Part shown: positions 20,393 through 29,284 of the stretch, in pieces | Numbering within the stretch: position 1 is the stretch's first letter | Layout of the letters: each line of letters begins with the position of its first letter | DNA from: an uncultured virus (IMG/VR IMGVR_UViG_3300021437_000016) | Taxonomy: Duplodnaviria > Heunggongvirae > Uroviricota > Caudoviricetes | Reading direction: 5' to 3' (one strand) | Length of the DNA: 64,000 nucleotides | Virus record (IMG/VR): IMGVR_UViG_3300021437_000016 | Program-made: the position numbers and the translations under genes | Notes under the pieces: model-generated | The model's input: the letters and a program-made list of their open reading frames with translations, nothing else | Databases searched by the model: none | What the model was told of the DNA's origin: nothing

Positions 20393-20538
20393 ATGATTTA
20401 AAATATCGACGTCGTTATAGGATGATTTAAAATATCGGCTTCGTTATAGGATGATTTAAAATATCGGCTTCGTTATAGGATGATTTTGGTAGAAAAAACG
20501 TGTTGTCACGTGATTTAAAATTTCGGCGTCGTTATAGG
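20393..20538. repeat. 29-bp iteron-like tandem repeats (candidate origin)
   Basis: ATGATTTAAAATATCGGCTTCGTTATAGG-like units at 20393, 20422, 20451 and 20510, followed by an AT-rich tract. Confidence 0.85.
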
Positions 20539-21010
20539 ATGATTTTAAATATATACGTGTGGCTGTGTGTTGCTAGCTGGGCTCCGACCATTTCGCAAAA
20601 CCCAAACGCAAGACGACGTGAAAAAAATGTAGGCAATTCCAGCGGTTTAATACCACTATCTAGTCCTGATACCCACTTCACAAACGGCGGGATTACTTGG
20701 CTAGTTATTTTTCCTTTAATACCAAGTGGTTTAGGTAGTCAGTAGCCAAGCAATCCAAAATTGCTATCTAGAAATGAAAGCCTTATAGGAAACTGAGCAA
20801 ATCACGTGGTAACGAGAGTAAAATTTTAAAAAAGCCTCCCCATCATATGGTGCTTTCTTTTTTCGTTGGATAGTCGGCATAGCATAGCTAGCAATCCTAC
20901 ACACCCGATTTAATTGCGAAAATTCCTTGACAAACAATTCCAGCATGGGATAGCTCCGGATACCTGAACTAGCGATAAAAAATCAACCTCATTACCACAA
21001 GGACATCGAT

Positions 21011-21883
21011 ATGCTCACCCTCGACAACCTCAAGACGCTGCGCCTCTCACAAGCCCTCTCCCGCGAAGCGCTCAGCAACCTGTCTCGCATCTCCCCTACC
21101 AACCTGCGCAACATCGAGAACAAGCGCGCCGAGCCGTGGCTCCATGAAGCCATCTCCATCGCCCGCATCTTTGGCTGTCCTGTTAGCCAGCTCATCACCG
21201 CGGACCACCTGACCAAGTGCGCCATGCTTTCCGACGATGATCTCGCTGAGGCTGACCTGCGCCGGTGGCGTCGTGGCGACATTCTCCCGCTCACCTCCGG
21301 TTACCGCATCGCCTACCGCTTCGGATTGTCCGATCCAGCCCAGCTGACGGCCTCAGAGATGGTCAGGCAGGTGGTGGATACCCTCCTCTACGCCGAACGC
21401 CTCACAGACGCCTCACAGTGCGCATGGTGCGGCTCTGAGCGCGAACAAGGACATTCTGACACCTGCCTCGCCTTCAACCTGTATGGTGGCTCCAACGCCC
21501 CGCTGCTCGGCTCCATCCTTGTGCCAGGCAGTGAGATGCGGACACCCAAGCGCACCGGAGCCAAACGTGGTGGTGGTGCGATGGGGCGCGGCCTGAAGGG
21601 CTTCCGCTACGGGCGCCACGTCACGCAGCAATACATGGCTGAGAAGATGCAGATCAGCGTCCCCTACTACAGCGACCTCGAACGGTGCATCCGCCCACTT
21701 CTCCATGCTCACGCCGAGCGGCTCTCGGACATCTTCAACGAGCCCACCTCCACCTTCTACCTTGAGACGGTAGACGCATCGACACTCCCTGACCGTGTGC
21801 GTGGTGACAAGCGGCGGGTGAAGCCGATCGGCACCAAGGCGGAGCGGCGCAAGGCGTGGCTCGATGCGAGGCGGCATCTCTGA
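21011..21883 (+). CDS. transcriptional regulator with two XRE-family HTH domains and a central Cys/His motif
   Basis: LKTLRLSQALSREAL...LRNIEN and LKGFRYGRHVTQQYMAEKMQIS...YSDLER; CAWC...HSDTC; TTGACA at 20927 upstream. Confidence 0.85.
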   Translation: MLTLDNLKTLRLSQALSREALSNLSRISPTNLRNIENKRAEPWLHEAISIARIFGCPVSQLITADHLTKCAMLSDDDLAEADLRRWRRGDILPLTSGYRIAYRFGLSDPAQLTASEMVRQVVDTLLYAERLTDASQCAWCGSEREQGHSDTCLAFNLYGGSNAPLLGSILVPGSEMRTPKRTGAKRGGGAMGRGLKGFRYGRHVTQQYMAEKMQISVPYYSDLERCIRPLLHAHAERLSDIFNEPTSTFYLETVDASTLPDRVRGDKRRVKPIGTKAERRKAWLDARRHL

Positions 21884-21906
21884 CTACTATGACGCGCGCC
21901 GGGGCC

Positions 21907-21922
21907 ATTAGATAATCTAATC
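21907..21922. promoter_or_regulatory. palindromic element copy 4
   Basis: ATTAGATAATCTAATC. Confidence 0.85.
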
Positions 21923-21957
21923 GGTCCGTTTCGGTCCTTCCACAAACTCTGGTGGGG

Positions 21958-21986
21958 TTGACATAAGCCTTTGTTTGTAGTAAGTT
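21958..21986 (+). promoter_or_regulatory. sigma70-like promoter
   Basis: TTGACA-17-TAAGTT, lying between palindrome copies 4 and 5. Confidence 0.7.
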
Positions 21987-22050
21987 AAAGGCTCAATGGG
22001 ACTCACCCAGCGGCCCGGGGCCCTGAGGCGCGAACCACCATCCACCGGCC

Positions 22051-22067
22051 GATTAGATTATCTAATC
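22051..22067. promoter_or_regulatory. palindromic element copy 5
   Basis: GATTAGATTATCTAATC. Confidence 0.85.
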
Positions 22068-22125
22068 CAAGCCATTATCCACCCCGGCGGGTCGCCCGCC
22101 GTCAAATCCAACAAAGGAGTACACC

Positions 22126-22329
22126 ATGCAAACCGAGATACGTGCCCGTTGTCCTCGTGACCTGCGCATCCACCTGATACCGACCGTCAAGTGGTCGGAC
22201 CTCACGCACCGTGCGCAGATGCACTTCGCCTCCGTCTGCTTTGTGGAGGCCATGCACCGCGAGGCGACACGCAGCCGCAACGCTATGATCGACAACCTCC
22301 AGTTCGTGGGAGAGGGTGCGCCATGCTGA
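22126..22329 (+). CDS. small early hypothetical protein
   Basis: 67 aa, AAGGAG SD. Confidence 0.7.
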   Translation: MQTEIRARCPRDLRIHLIPTVKWSDLTHRAQMHFASVCFVEAMHREATRSRNAMIDNLQFVGEGAPC

Positions 22330-22466
22330 AGGGCTGTTCCGCCTCTGTCATGGTGTTCTGGGCGGTCCTGTTCGCCCTGTGCATCTTCTCGTTCGACCGC
22401 GCCATGCGCATCGACGCCGACAACCTCTGCGCTCGGGGCGACACCGGGTTCAGCCAGTGCAATTAG
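22323..22466 (+). CDS. small membrane protein
   Basis: 47 aa MLKGCSASVMVFWAVLFALCIFSF...; GAGGG SD; its TAG stop lies inside palindrome copy 6. Confidence 0.55.
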   Translation: MLKGCSASVMVFWAVLFALCIFSFDRAMRIDADNLCARGDTGFSQCN

Positions 22467-22477
22467 ATAATCTAATC
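22462..22477. promoter_or_regulatory. palindromic element copy 6
   Basis: ATTAGATAATCTAATC, 16 nt before ATG 22494. Confidence 0.85.
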
Positions 22478-22493
22478 AAGAAGGTTCACTACT

Positions 22494-22634
22494 ATGAGCA
22501 AGATTTACCAAGCCGCTCTCGCCCTCCCCGCATGGCAACGTGTTGCTGTGCTGGGGTCACTCGTCATCAGCATCTTCCTCGCGATGGCCCTCATGGCCCT
22601 GTTCGCCCGGATCAACGCAAAGGCATCGACATGA
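22494..22634 (+). CDS. 46-aa membrane peptide (absent from the ORF track)
   Basis: MSKIYQAALALPAWQRVAVLGSLVISIFLAMALMALFARINAKAST; AAGAAGG SD; ATGA overlap with the next gene. Confidence 0.65.
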   Translation: MSKIYQAALALPAWQRVAVLGSLVISIFLAMALMALFARINAKAST

Positions 22635-23131
22635 CCAGAATCGCGATCGACGAGGACACAGCTCCACGCTACTCGTTCGACCACCTCTACTCGGCGCTGT
22701 GCATCTGGGAGGAGATATGCGACCCGCAGCTGGACGGAAGGCCGTGGGAGGATATGCTGACCCACCATGGCTATGGTGACATGCGGACCCTCGTCATCGA
22801 GCACCTCGCGGTACCTTGCGACGTCGCTTGGGGCATGGCGAACGAGGCGTTGGACAAGGCCTTCGTCGAGTACAACGAGAAGCGCGACAAGGCGTGGAAA
22901 GCATGGTGTCTTGCGAAGGGCATCTACGGCACCACATTCCCGGCGATGCACGCATCCTTTGACGAGTTCCGTCAGGAGTTCGAGCAGGTCCTTCCATACC
23001 CAGATGATCTCGGCTCGTTCGACTGGGAGTTTGTGCCGTTCTGGCTGCGGACCTGCGTGGATTGGAGCGACCTTGACAAGCCTCGCGTCAGGGGTGCGAA
23101 GCCGGAGGAGGGGTCGACAAACAACCAATAA
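22631..23131 (+). CDS. early hypothetical protein (acidic, Trp-rich)
   Basis: start at MTRIAID inside ORF 22316..23131, AAAGG SD. Confidence 0.7.
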   Translation: MTRIAIDEDTAPRYSFDHLYSALCIWEEICDPQLDGRPWEDMLTHHGYGDMRTLVIEHLAVPCDVAWGMANEALDKAFVEYNEKRDKAWKAWCLAKGIYGTTFPAMHASFDEFRQEFEQVLPYPDDLGSFDWEFVPFWLRTCVDWSDLDKPRVRGAKPEEGSTNNQ

Positions 23132-23183
23132 CGCGTTATAGTTCACGAGCATTGACGCGCTGAGAAGCACCTCATCAACCGCT

Positions 23184-23200
23184 GATTAGATAATCTAATC
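23184..23200. promoter_or_regulatory. palindromic element copy 7
   Basis: GATTAGATAATCTAATC, 24 nt before ATG 23225. Confidence 0.85.
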
Positions 23201-23224
23201 GGCACCATCGACAGGAGGCTCACC

Positions 23225-24145
23225 ATGGGCAAGCTATCATGGGGTTTCGACCCCTCGCTGAACTGCGACGTTGCATACTTCCACGGACTGCGCATCAGGG
23301 CAGTGCGGGATTACAACCCATCAAACCCCTTCGAGGGGGGCGATGAGTACCCCACCGTGGTGCGTGGTGGCGACAGGCGCAGCATTTTCACCACATATGA
23401 CAAGCTGCCCGGGTGCGGCATCAGCACCCCGCTCGACCGGTTCACCGCTGAGCAGCTGGTGTTCAACCAGAAAGAGATCGAGCGGATCGTGAGCGCTGAT
23501 CGGGACGACCTGCACTGGTACATCCGGGACCAGCGCTTTTTCCCGGTCTCGGCGATAGTGGTGGAGGCAGAGACCGACATACCCAAGTGGATCACCGACG
23601 CCGGCGCGCTGGAGTCGTGGTTCGACAATGCCATCATGCAGGGAGATATCAACCATGACTTTGCCCGTCTGGTCGAGCTCTACAAGCTGCTCGATATCCC
23701 CGCATACACCACGACCGTTCGTGGCTACTGCCAGGGTGACTGGGCCGAGGTGCTGGTGGCGCTCACCCCCGAGGCGGCTGAGCGGTACGGTGACCGGTCC
23801 GATGTCTGGGCCAAGTGGAGAGCCGAGGCCGAGACACGCCAGTGGGATAGCGCCAAGGCAAAGACCGACTGGGTACATTCTCAGGTCAGCGAGGAGATTT
23901 GCAGGCCGACGACCGAGCTCTATGCCAACTGGGCGTTCGGCGATGTCTACGGCTACGTCATCGACATGCGGATTGATGGCCCGGCACCGGAAGACGATCC
24001 TGACGAATGGACCGAAGGGGTGGACTCGTGCTGGGGCTTCTACGGCAGGGAACAGCGCGAGTCCGGGCTGGAGGAGGCAGCGATCGAGGCAGCTGAGGGA
24101 TATCTCCGGCACCTCGGCCGGCTTCCGGCGAAGGAGGCAGCATGA
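23225..24145 (+). CDS. early hypothetical protein
   Basis: 306 aa, AGGAGG SD; RGYCQGDW, GDVYGY and DSCWGFYG motifs. Confidence 0.8.
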   Translation: MGKLSWGFDPSLNCDVAYFHGLRIRAVRDYNPSNPFEGGDEYPTVVRGGDRRSIFTTYDKLPGCGISTPLDRFTAEQLVFNQKEIERIVSADRDDLHWYIRDQRFFPVSAIVVEAETDIPKWITDAGALESWFDNAIMQGDINHDFARLVELYKLLDIPAYTTTVRGYCQGDWAEVLVALTPEAAERYGDRSDVWAKWRAEAETRQWDSAKAKTDWVHSQVSEEICRPTTELYANWAFGDVYGYVIDMRIDGPAPEDDPDEWTEGVDSCWGFYGREQRESGLEEAAIEAAEGYLRHLGRLPAKEAA

Positions 24146-24417
24146 TCGACAAGGACACCCTGCGCCAGCTGCGGGACAACTTCCACCACCTGCAACGCCT
24201 CAAGGCGCAGGAGGCCGAGACCAAGGCGACCATGATACGGTGGTGCGTTACGGTGCTGCGTCGGGACGACAACCACGGAGTACGCGTCTATCACTCCCAC
24301 AAGGAAGCGATGGACGTGCAACGGGAGAACAAGGCCGACAAGGTGCGGGCCTTGGTCTATCTGGACTATCTGGCAACGCGTGAAGAGCGCTTTGCGCAAT
24401 CAATTGAAGGAGAATAA
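24142..24417 (+). CDS. hypothetical protein
   Basis: 91 aa, ATGA-coupled, AAGGAGG SD. Confidence 0.7.
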   Translation: MIDKDTLRQLRDNFHHLQRLKAQEAETKATMIRWCVTVLRRDDNHGVRVYHSHKEAMDVQRENKADKVRALVYLDYLATREERFAQSIEGE

Positions 24418-24419
24418 TC

Positions 24420-25328
24420 ATGTTCGGACACCACACCACGAACTTCGGCCGGTGCCAAGACTACGCGTCTGCCAAGGCACTGCTCCGCAAGGCACAGAAC
24501 CACCCCGAGTGGAAGACCAAGACGCGCGAGGCTGAGCAGTACGGCTTCTCCCTGCGCACCAAGACCAAGGACTCCACCACGTGGGTCCGCGAGGAGAACG
24601 GCGCGGTCATCTTCAGGCTGCACGACACTGACGTGGTGACGTATCATGAGGACGGGCGCTGCGAGATCGAGAACTGGGGATCGGTGCTGACGTCCAGCTT
24701 CTTCAATGCTTACGGACCTCGGTGCGTGTTCCTCAACGTCTCGGACAACTCGATCGGATACCTTGCCAGCCAGCGGGAGAAGCGGTTCGATGGTGATTGG
24801 CGGACGCAGCAGTATCGTGTGTGCGGCAACGGGTCGGTGTTCCGCCAGCACGGTGACTTCTGGCTGCCTGACGAGGATACCATGCCCGAGATCGTGGTCC
24901 CCGCCGGTATTGACCGGCGCGCGGCGCGCGAGATACGCAAGCAGTACAACTTCACCGACTTCGAGCTATGGATGGAGACCGCCCCGCAGCTTCTCAACCT
25001 GCAGCACCAAGGCAGCAACATGAGTGCGGTGCTTGAGGCACTGGAGAAGCGTGACTTCCGCACGGCTGCTGTCCACCTGCCGACGTGCTCACTGAAGCAG
25101 TGCTATGGCAAGGACCCGCACCGGTACAAGATCGGCCGCGGCGGGTGGTCGTTCGGTGTGACGCGTCGCAGTGTGGCGCTTGTCCGCATGGCGATGCTTA
25201 GCTTGGAGGGCGCGCTTCAGGAGCGGCGGGTCAAGTCGGTGTCCTTGGAGGAGTACAACCGCATGAAGACCGAGATCAAGGCCCGGGAAGATGCCGGGTG
25301 CTTTTCGGCCTATGGGTTCCAGTCATGA
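24420..25328 (+). CDS. hypothetical protein
   Basis: 302 aa, AAGGAG SD. Confidence 0.75.
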   Translation: MFGHHTTNFGRCQDYASAKALLRKAQNHPEWKTKTREAEQYGFSLRTKTKDSTTWVREENGAVIFRLHDTDVVTYHEDGRCEIENWGSVLTSSFFNAYGPRCVFLNVSDNSIGYLASQREKRFDGDWRTQQYRVCGNGSVFRQHGDFWLPDEDTMPEIVVPAGIDRRAAREIRKQYNFTDFELWMETAPQLLNLQHQGSNMSAVLEALEKRDFRTAAVHLPTCSLKQCYGKDPHRYKIGRGGWSFGVTRRSVALVRMAMLSLEGALQERRVKSVSLEEYNRMKTEIKAREDAGCFSAYGFQS

Positions 25329-25669
25329 GGCTGGCTCAGGGTCAGCTTGTCGAGGACTTCTCCCTGCTTGAGCCGGGAGACGTCGTGCTCGCCCGGTCAC
25401 GCCGGACCAACAGGAAAACAGGCGACGAGTTCTGGTGGAACCGGTTCGAGGTAGTCACAACCAGCTACAGCAACAGCAACGCAGTTGGTGCGATCCCGCT
25501 CAAGCTCGACACTACTATGGCGAACGAGCACATTCTCTATCGGAACGGGCACAAGAGCGTGCCGGCTGACTACCTGACGTTCGTCCACCCCGACCACTAC
25601 CCTGAGGGGGTGTCGGCCATGTACATGAAGTTCGTCATGAAGGGCATCATCAAACCCCGAGGGGGTTGA
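25325..25669 (+). CDS. hypothetical protein
   Basis: ATGA-coupled start MRLAQ. Confidence 0.65.
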   Translation: MRLAQGQLVEDFSLLEPGDVVLARSRRTNRKTGDEFWWNRFEVVTTSYSNSNAVGAIPLKLDTTMANEHILYRNGHKSVPADYLTFVHPDHYPEGVSAMYMKFVMKGIIKPRGG

Positions 25670-25694
25670 CAAACCCCAAAATACCGTGTATAAG
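25666..25694 (+). promoter_or_regulatory. sigma70-like promoter
   Basis: TTGACA-17-TATAAG. Confidence 0.7.
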
Positions 25695-25725
25695 CAACAC
25701 GTTACAGAGTGATCTGCAACCAACC

Positions 25726-25742
25726 GATTAGATTATCTAATC
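25726..25742. promoter_or_regulatory. palindromic element copy 8
   Basis: GATTAGATTATCTAATC, 23 nt before ATG 25766. Confidence 0.85.
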
Positions 25743-25765
25743 ACGATCAAGCGAAGGAAAATACA

Positions 25766-26794
25766 ATGCGCGTAGTCAACATCCCCACCATGATCCGCCT
25801 CATCGACTCGGTTGCCGTGCGCAAGCGCCGCCCGCTGTTCATCTGGGGCAAGTCGGGCACCGGCAAGTCGGCAGGCGTCCGTCAGGCTGCTGCCAACCAC
25901 AACGCAGTGCTGGTCGATATGCGTGTCAGCCAGTACGAGGCGGTCGACATTCGCGGCATCCCGGACATCCAGACGGGTCTCACCGTGTGGAATATGCCGT
26001 CCACCCTGCCGTTCAAGGGCAACCCCAAGTTCAGCGAAGACGACGGCCTGATCTTCCTGTTCATCGACGAGATCAATCAGGGCGATCCCAGCACCTTGGC
26101 GGTGCTCTACCAGCTGATCCTCGACCGGCGCGTCGGTGAGCATGAGCTGATGGATAACGTCGTGATCGTCGCGGCGGGCAACCTCGACTCCGATCGTGGT
26201 GCCACCACCCGCTGGCCCTACCCGCTCGGCAATCGCGGCACGCACGTCGAGGTCGATACCGACACGCAGGCCTTCACCAGCTTCGCCAGCGCTGAGCAGT
26301 GGGATGCACGCCTCATCGGCTTCCTCAACTTCCGCACGTCGCTGCTCCACACGTTCGATAGCTCCAACCCGCAGAAGGCGTTCGCGTCCTCCCGGTCGTG
26401 GTCCTATGTCAACGAGGACCTCGCCGATACGCAGATGTCCGACGAGGATCGTCTGGTGTCCTTCTCCGGTTCGGTCGGCGAGGGCCCGGCGGTCGAGTTC
26501 GCCGGGTTTCTCGACATCATGCACGCCCTCGTGCCGATCGAGGACATCATCGCCGATCCGATGGGCGTCGCTGTCGAGTCGCGGCTCGATGTGCAGTGGG
26601 CCATGGCGGTTCACATCGCAGGCAACATGGACAAGACCAACGCTCGCCCGCTGCATCGCTTCCTGACCCGGCTCCAGCCCGAGATGGTCATCATGGCCTG
26701 GACCATGGCAATCGGCCGGGACGAGGACCTGACGGACAGCGACGCGTTCCTGCTGGACTATGCGCCGGCATACCGCTCGCTGTTCACCAACTGA
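25766..26794 (+). CDS. MoxR-like AAA+ ATPase
   Basis: Walker A GKSGTGKS, Walker B FLFIDEINQ, AAGN sensor, LGNR Arg finger; AAGGA SD. Confidence 0.88.
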   Translation: MRVVNIPTMIRLIDSVAVRKRRPLFIWGKSGTGKSAGVRQAAANHNAVLVDMRVSQYEAVDIRGIPDIQTGLTVWNMPSTLPFKGNPKFSEDDGLIFLFIDEINQGDPSTLAVLYQLILDRRVGEHELMDNVVIVAAGNLDSDRGATTRWPYPLGNRGTHVEVDTDTQAFTSFASAEQWDARLIGFLNFRTSLLHTFDSSNPQKAFASSRSWSYVNEDLADTQMSDEDRLVSFSGSVGEGPAVEFAGFLDIMHALVPIEDIIADPMGVAVESRLDVQWAMAVHIAGNMDKTNARPLHRFLTRLQPEMVIMAWTMAIGRDEDLTDSDAFLLDYAPAYRSLFTN

Positions 26795-26808
26795 GCCGCA
26801 AGGCGCAG

Positions 26809-26849
26809 GTGACCGGCAGGGATTAAGTAACGGCATCCCTGCCGGTCAC
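26809..26849 (+). other. 15-bp perfect stem-loop between the AAA and vWA genes
   Basis: GTGACCGGCAGGGAT-11 nt-ATCCCTGCCGGTCAC, immediately before palindrome copy 9. Confidence 0.7.
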
Positions 26850-26854
26850 AGCTT

Positions 26855-26871
26855 GATTAGATAATCTAATC
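26855..26871. promoter_or_regulatory. palindromic element copy 9
   Basis: GATTAGATAATCTAATC, 22 nt before ATG 26894. Confidence 0.85.
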
Positions 26872-26893
26872 CACCAAATCACACGAGGTTATC

Positions 26894-28099
26894 ATGCAGC
26901 ACAACAAGATCAGCAAAGCCAAGGCGCGGCTCAATCTGGGCCACCCCTTTTTCGCAACCCTGCTGGTGCAGACCCCTGTCGAGATCACCGACGCTGTGCC
27001 TCTCGCTGCAACGGACGGCGAGACTGTCTACTTCAACCCGGACTTCCTCGAAAAGTGCTCGGTCGAGGACACCATGGCGGTGCTGGTCCACGAGGTCGGC
27101 GGACACGATGCGCTGCTTCACTCGATCCGGATGGGTGCTCGTGACCCTGAGCTGTGGAACATCGCCTGTGACCATGCGATCAACAACATGCTCGTCGATC
27201 AGGGGTTCAAGTGCCCGGCATCCGTCCCCGGCGGCTGGCTGTGCGATCCCCAGTACAAGGGCTGGGCAGCGGACCGCATCTATGATGACCTCGCCCGGCA
27301 GCAGTCCGCCAAGCCTCAGCAGGGCAATGGCAAGTCGGGCAGCGGCGACCCGAGCGACGGGTCCGGTAGTGGCAAGCCCGGCAGTGGGTCCGGCAGTGGC
27401 AAGCCGGCCGACGGGTTGAAGCGTGACGCGCTGCACGGTGATGTGCTGCCGGCCAAGGCCAAGTCGGAACCCGAGCGTCAGGCAGCAGCACAGAAGGCTC
27501 GGCAGAAGGTGGCGGCAGCTGCCAACATCGCCCGCATGGCTGGCAAGTTCGGCGGTGATCTGGCGCTGATGGTTGAGGGTATGCTCGCCACCAAGGTTCC
27601 TTGGTCTGACGTGCTGCGTGACCACATGACCGAGATCGTCCGCACCCGGGACAACTGGTCGCGACGCAACCGCCGGTACAAGTCGGTCTACCTGCCCTCG
27701 CGTGGCAGCAAGGCGATGGGCCCGATGATCTTCATCCCGGACTCCTCGGGCTCGATGCTGAGCGAGTCGGACCTGCGCAAGGTCTGCTCCGAGATGGCGC
27801 ACTGCGTCATGCAGACCCAGCCGGAGAGCATCCGCGTGGTCTGGGCCGATGCCAAGGTGCAGAGCGAGCAGGTGTTCGACCCGCAGGACTTCTCCTACGA
27901 GGCGCTCAAGCCGGTCGGCGGCGGCGGTACGGACATGCGCGTCCCGCTCAAGTACGTCAAGAAGTACGACCCGCAGGTGGTTGTCCTGCTGACGGATGGC
28001 TACACGCCGTGGCCGGACGTGCCTTGCCCGTTCCCGGTGATCTGCCTCAACACCACGACGAAGAAGTGCCCGTCATGGCTTCAGGTCATCGAGATATGA
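26894..28099 (+). CDS. DUF2201-like metallopeptidase + vWA domain protein
   Basis: AATDG, HEVGGH, WNIACDHAIN; MIDAS DSSGS, GGGGTD, LTDG. Confidence 0.88.
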   Translation: MQHNKISKAKARLNLGHPFFATLLVQTPVEITDAVPLAATDGETVYFNPDFLEKCSVEDTMAVLVHEVGGHDALLHSIRMGARDPELWNIACDHAINNMLVDQGFKCPASVPGGWLCDPQYKGWAADRIYDDLARQQSAKPQQGNGKSGSGDPSDGSGSGKPGSGSGSGKPADGLKRDALHGDVLPAKAKSEPERQAAAQKARQKVAAAANIARMAGKFGGDLALMVEGMLATKVPWSDVLRDHMTEIVRTRDNWSRRNRRYKSVYLPSRGSKAMGPMIFIPDSSGSMLSESDLRKVCSEMAHCVMQTQPESIRVVWADAKVQSEQVFDPQDFSYEALKPVGGGGTDMRVPLKYVKKYDPQVVVLLTDGYTPWPDVPCPFPVICLNTTTKKCPSWLQVIEI

Positions 28100-28389
28100 G
28101 CAGCTTCATCCACGTGCTTACGGCGGAGGGGGTCGAGGTCCCCTTCACCATGTACACCACCAGCTACGGAGTCTACGAGTTTGGCGTCACGAGACCGTTC
28201 AGGGTCGGCTGGCTGCTGCGCGAGACCAGCGCTGGGGTATGGATGCTGCGTCGGTCAGTCGAGCAAGGCAGTCAATGGGCTCTGACGCAGGCGTCAGCCG
28301 CCAACCTGTGGCGTGCCAGCCATACCGAGTTCCGGGTGTTTCCATCCAAAGAAGCCGCAGAGATGTGGATCATGCACAGGAGCAAATGA
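28096..28389 (+). CDS. small hypothetical protein (array member 1)
   Basis: ATGA-coupled start MSSFIH. Confidence 0.65.
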   Translation: MSSFIHVLTAEGVEVPFTMYTTSYGVYEFGVTRPFRVGWLLRETSAGVWMLRRSVEQGSQWALTQASAANLWRASHTEFRVFPSKEAAEMWIMHRSK

Positions 28390-28673
28390 CCATGGCAGTG
28401 CCTCACTACAGGCTTCACGGATACCTCGCCCGGGATGGTGATGTGACGTCATCACCGCTCCTGAACTGGGCGACACCTGAGCGGATTTTCTTTCACCGCC
28501 CCAACCAGCACCGCTACGCTGCTGTGTTTGATGGCAGCAAGTACCAAGCATGGGACTTCTTCGACGTCTGGTGGGCGGCGATGCCACTTGAGAGCGAGCC
28601 TCCTGCGCGCTGGACCAGCCCCTCCCTTGACGGTCTGATCATGACCGCACTCACTCTCTATGAGGAGACCTGA
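28386..28673 (+). CDS. small hypothetical protein (array member 2)
   Basis: ATGA-coupled, AGGAG SD. Confidence 0.65.
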   Translation: MTMAVPHYRLHGYLARDGDVTSSPLLNWATPERIFFHRPNQHRYAAVFDGSKYQAWDFFDVWWAAMPLESEPPARWTSPSLDGLIMTALTLYEET

Positions 28674-28674
28674 C

Positions 28675-29001
28675 ATGGCTGTTGCAAAGCCTTTCACCAC
28701 CACCCGGGTGATCTTCATCGCCCCAGGCCACGAGATCGACGTCGAGCTGACCGGCGAATCCACATCGAACAGCATCGTCAACAACGCCAAGGCGATGAAG
28801 GCGAACCACATCGTGCTCCAGATGCGCACCTACTTCGCAGCGCGCGGTGAGACGGTCATGACGTGGGAGGTCTACGACGTGCGCAAGGCGCACAAGGGGA
28901 ACACGCTAGCCCCTCGCGAGTGGTGCTTGCCGGCTCCCTGCCGGGTGTTCGAGGGCGATGACGAGTCGCCGGCCGTCGTCTACGCTGCGATGAGGAAGTA
29001 G
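28675..29001 (+). CDS. small hypothetical protein (array member 3)
   Basis: GAGGAG SD, start MAVAKP. Confidence 0.65.
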   Translation: MAVAKPFTTTRVIFIAPGHEIDVELTGESTSNSIVNNAKAMKANHIVLQMRTYFAARGETVMTWEVYDVRKAHKGNTLAPREWCLPAPCRVFEGDDESPAVVYAAMRK

Positions 29002-29003
29002 CT

Positions 29004-29282
29004 ATGTCCGGTTTCGTTCCGTGCCTGTGCAAGGCGGGCAGTACGGTCGAGGGTCTGCCTGTCCGCAAGCGTAAAGGCGACACGCTCTCCGCTCGGCTGC
29101 TCCGCGTCGCGCGGCTTGTTTGGTTCAAGCGGGTCAGGCACTTCGCGATCAGGCACGATTACGCATGGGCGATCTACCAGGTTTCGCTCAGTGCCTCGCT
29201 CCCGACCGGTCAACTCCCTGCGCTGGTGAAATCCGGCCTGACCAAAGACGCAGCCATCATGCTGCTCATGTACAAGGACTGA
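29004..29282 (+). CDS. small hypothetical protein (array member 4)
   Basis: GAGGA SD, 92 aa. Confidence 0.6.
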   Translation: MSGFVPCLCKAGSTVEGLPVRKRKGDTLSARLLRVARLVWFKRVRHFAIRHDYAWAIYQVSLSASLPTGQLPALVKSGLTKDAAIMLLMYKD

Positions 29283-29284
29283 CC

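Noticed and set aside
20393..20538. 29-bp repeats as a CRISPR array
   Set aside because: Three units are contiguous with no spacers, there is only one gap, and there is no cas operon. The PD-(D/E)XK gene at 39696 is an ordinary phage exonuclease.
20500..20946. ORFs 20500..20745 (+) and 20764..20946 (-)
   Set aside because: AT-rich, atypical codon use, no SD, and overlap with the repeat/control region
18733..22125. tRNA or other known structured RNA genes in the non-coding gaps
   Set aside because: No cloverleaf or T-loop consensus recognised by eye; a covariance-model search would be needed to exclude them fully
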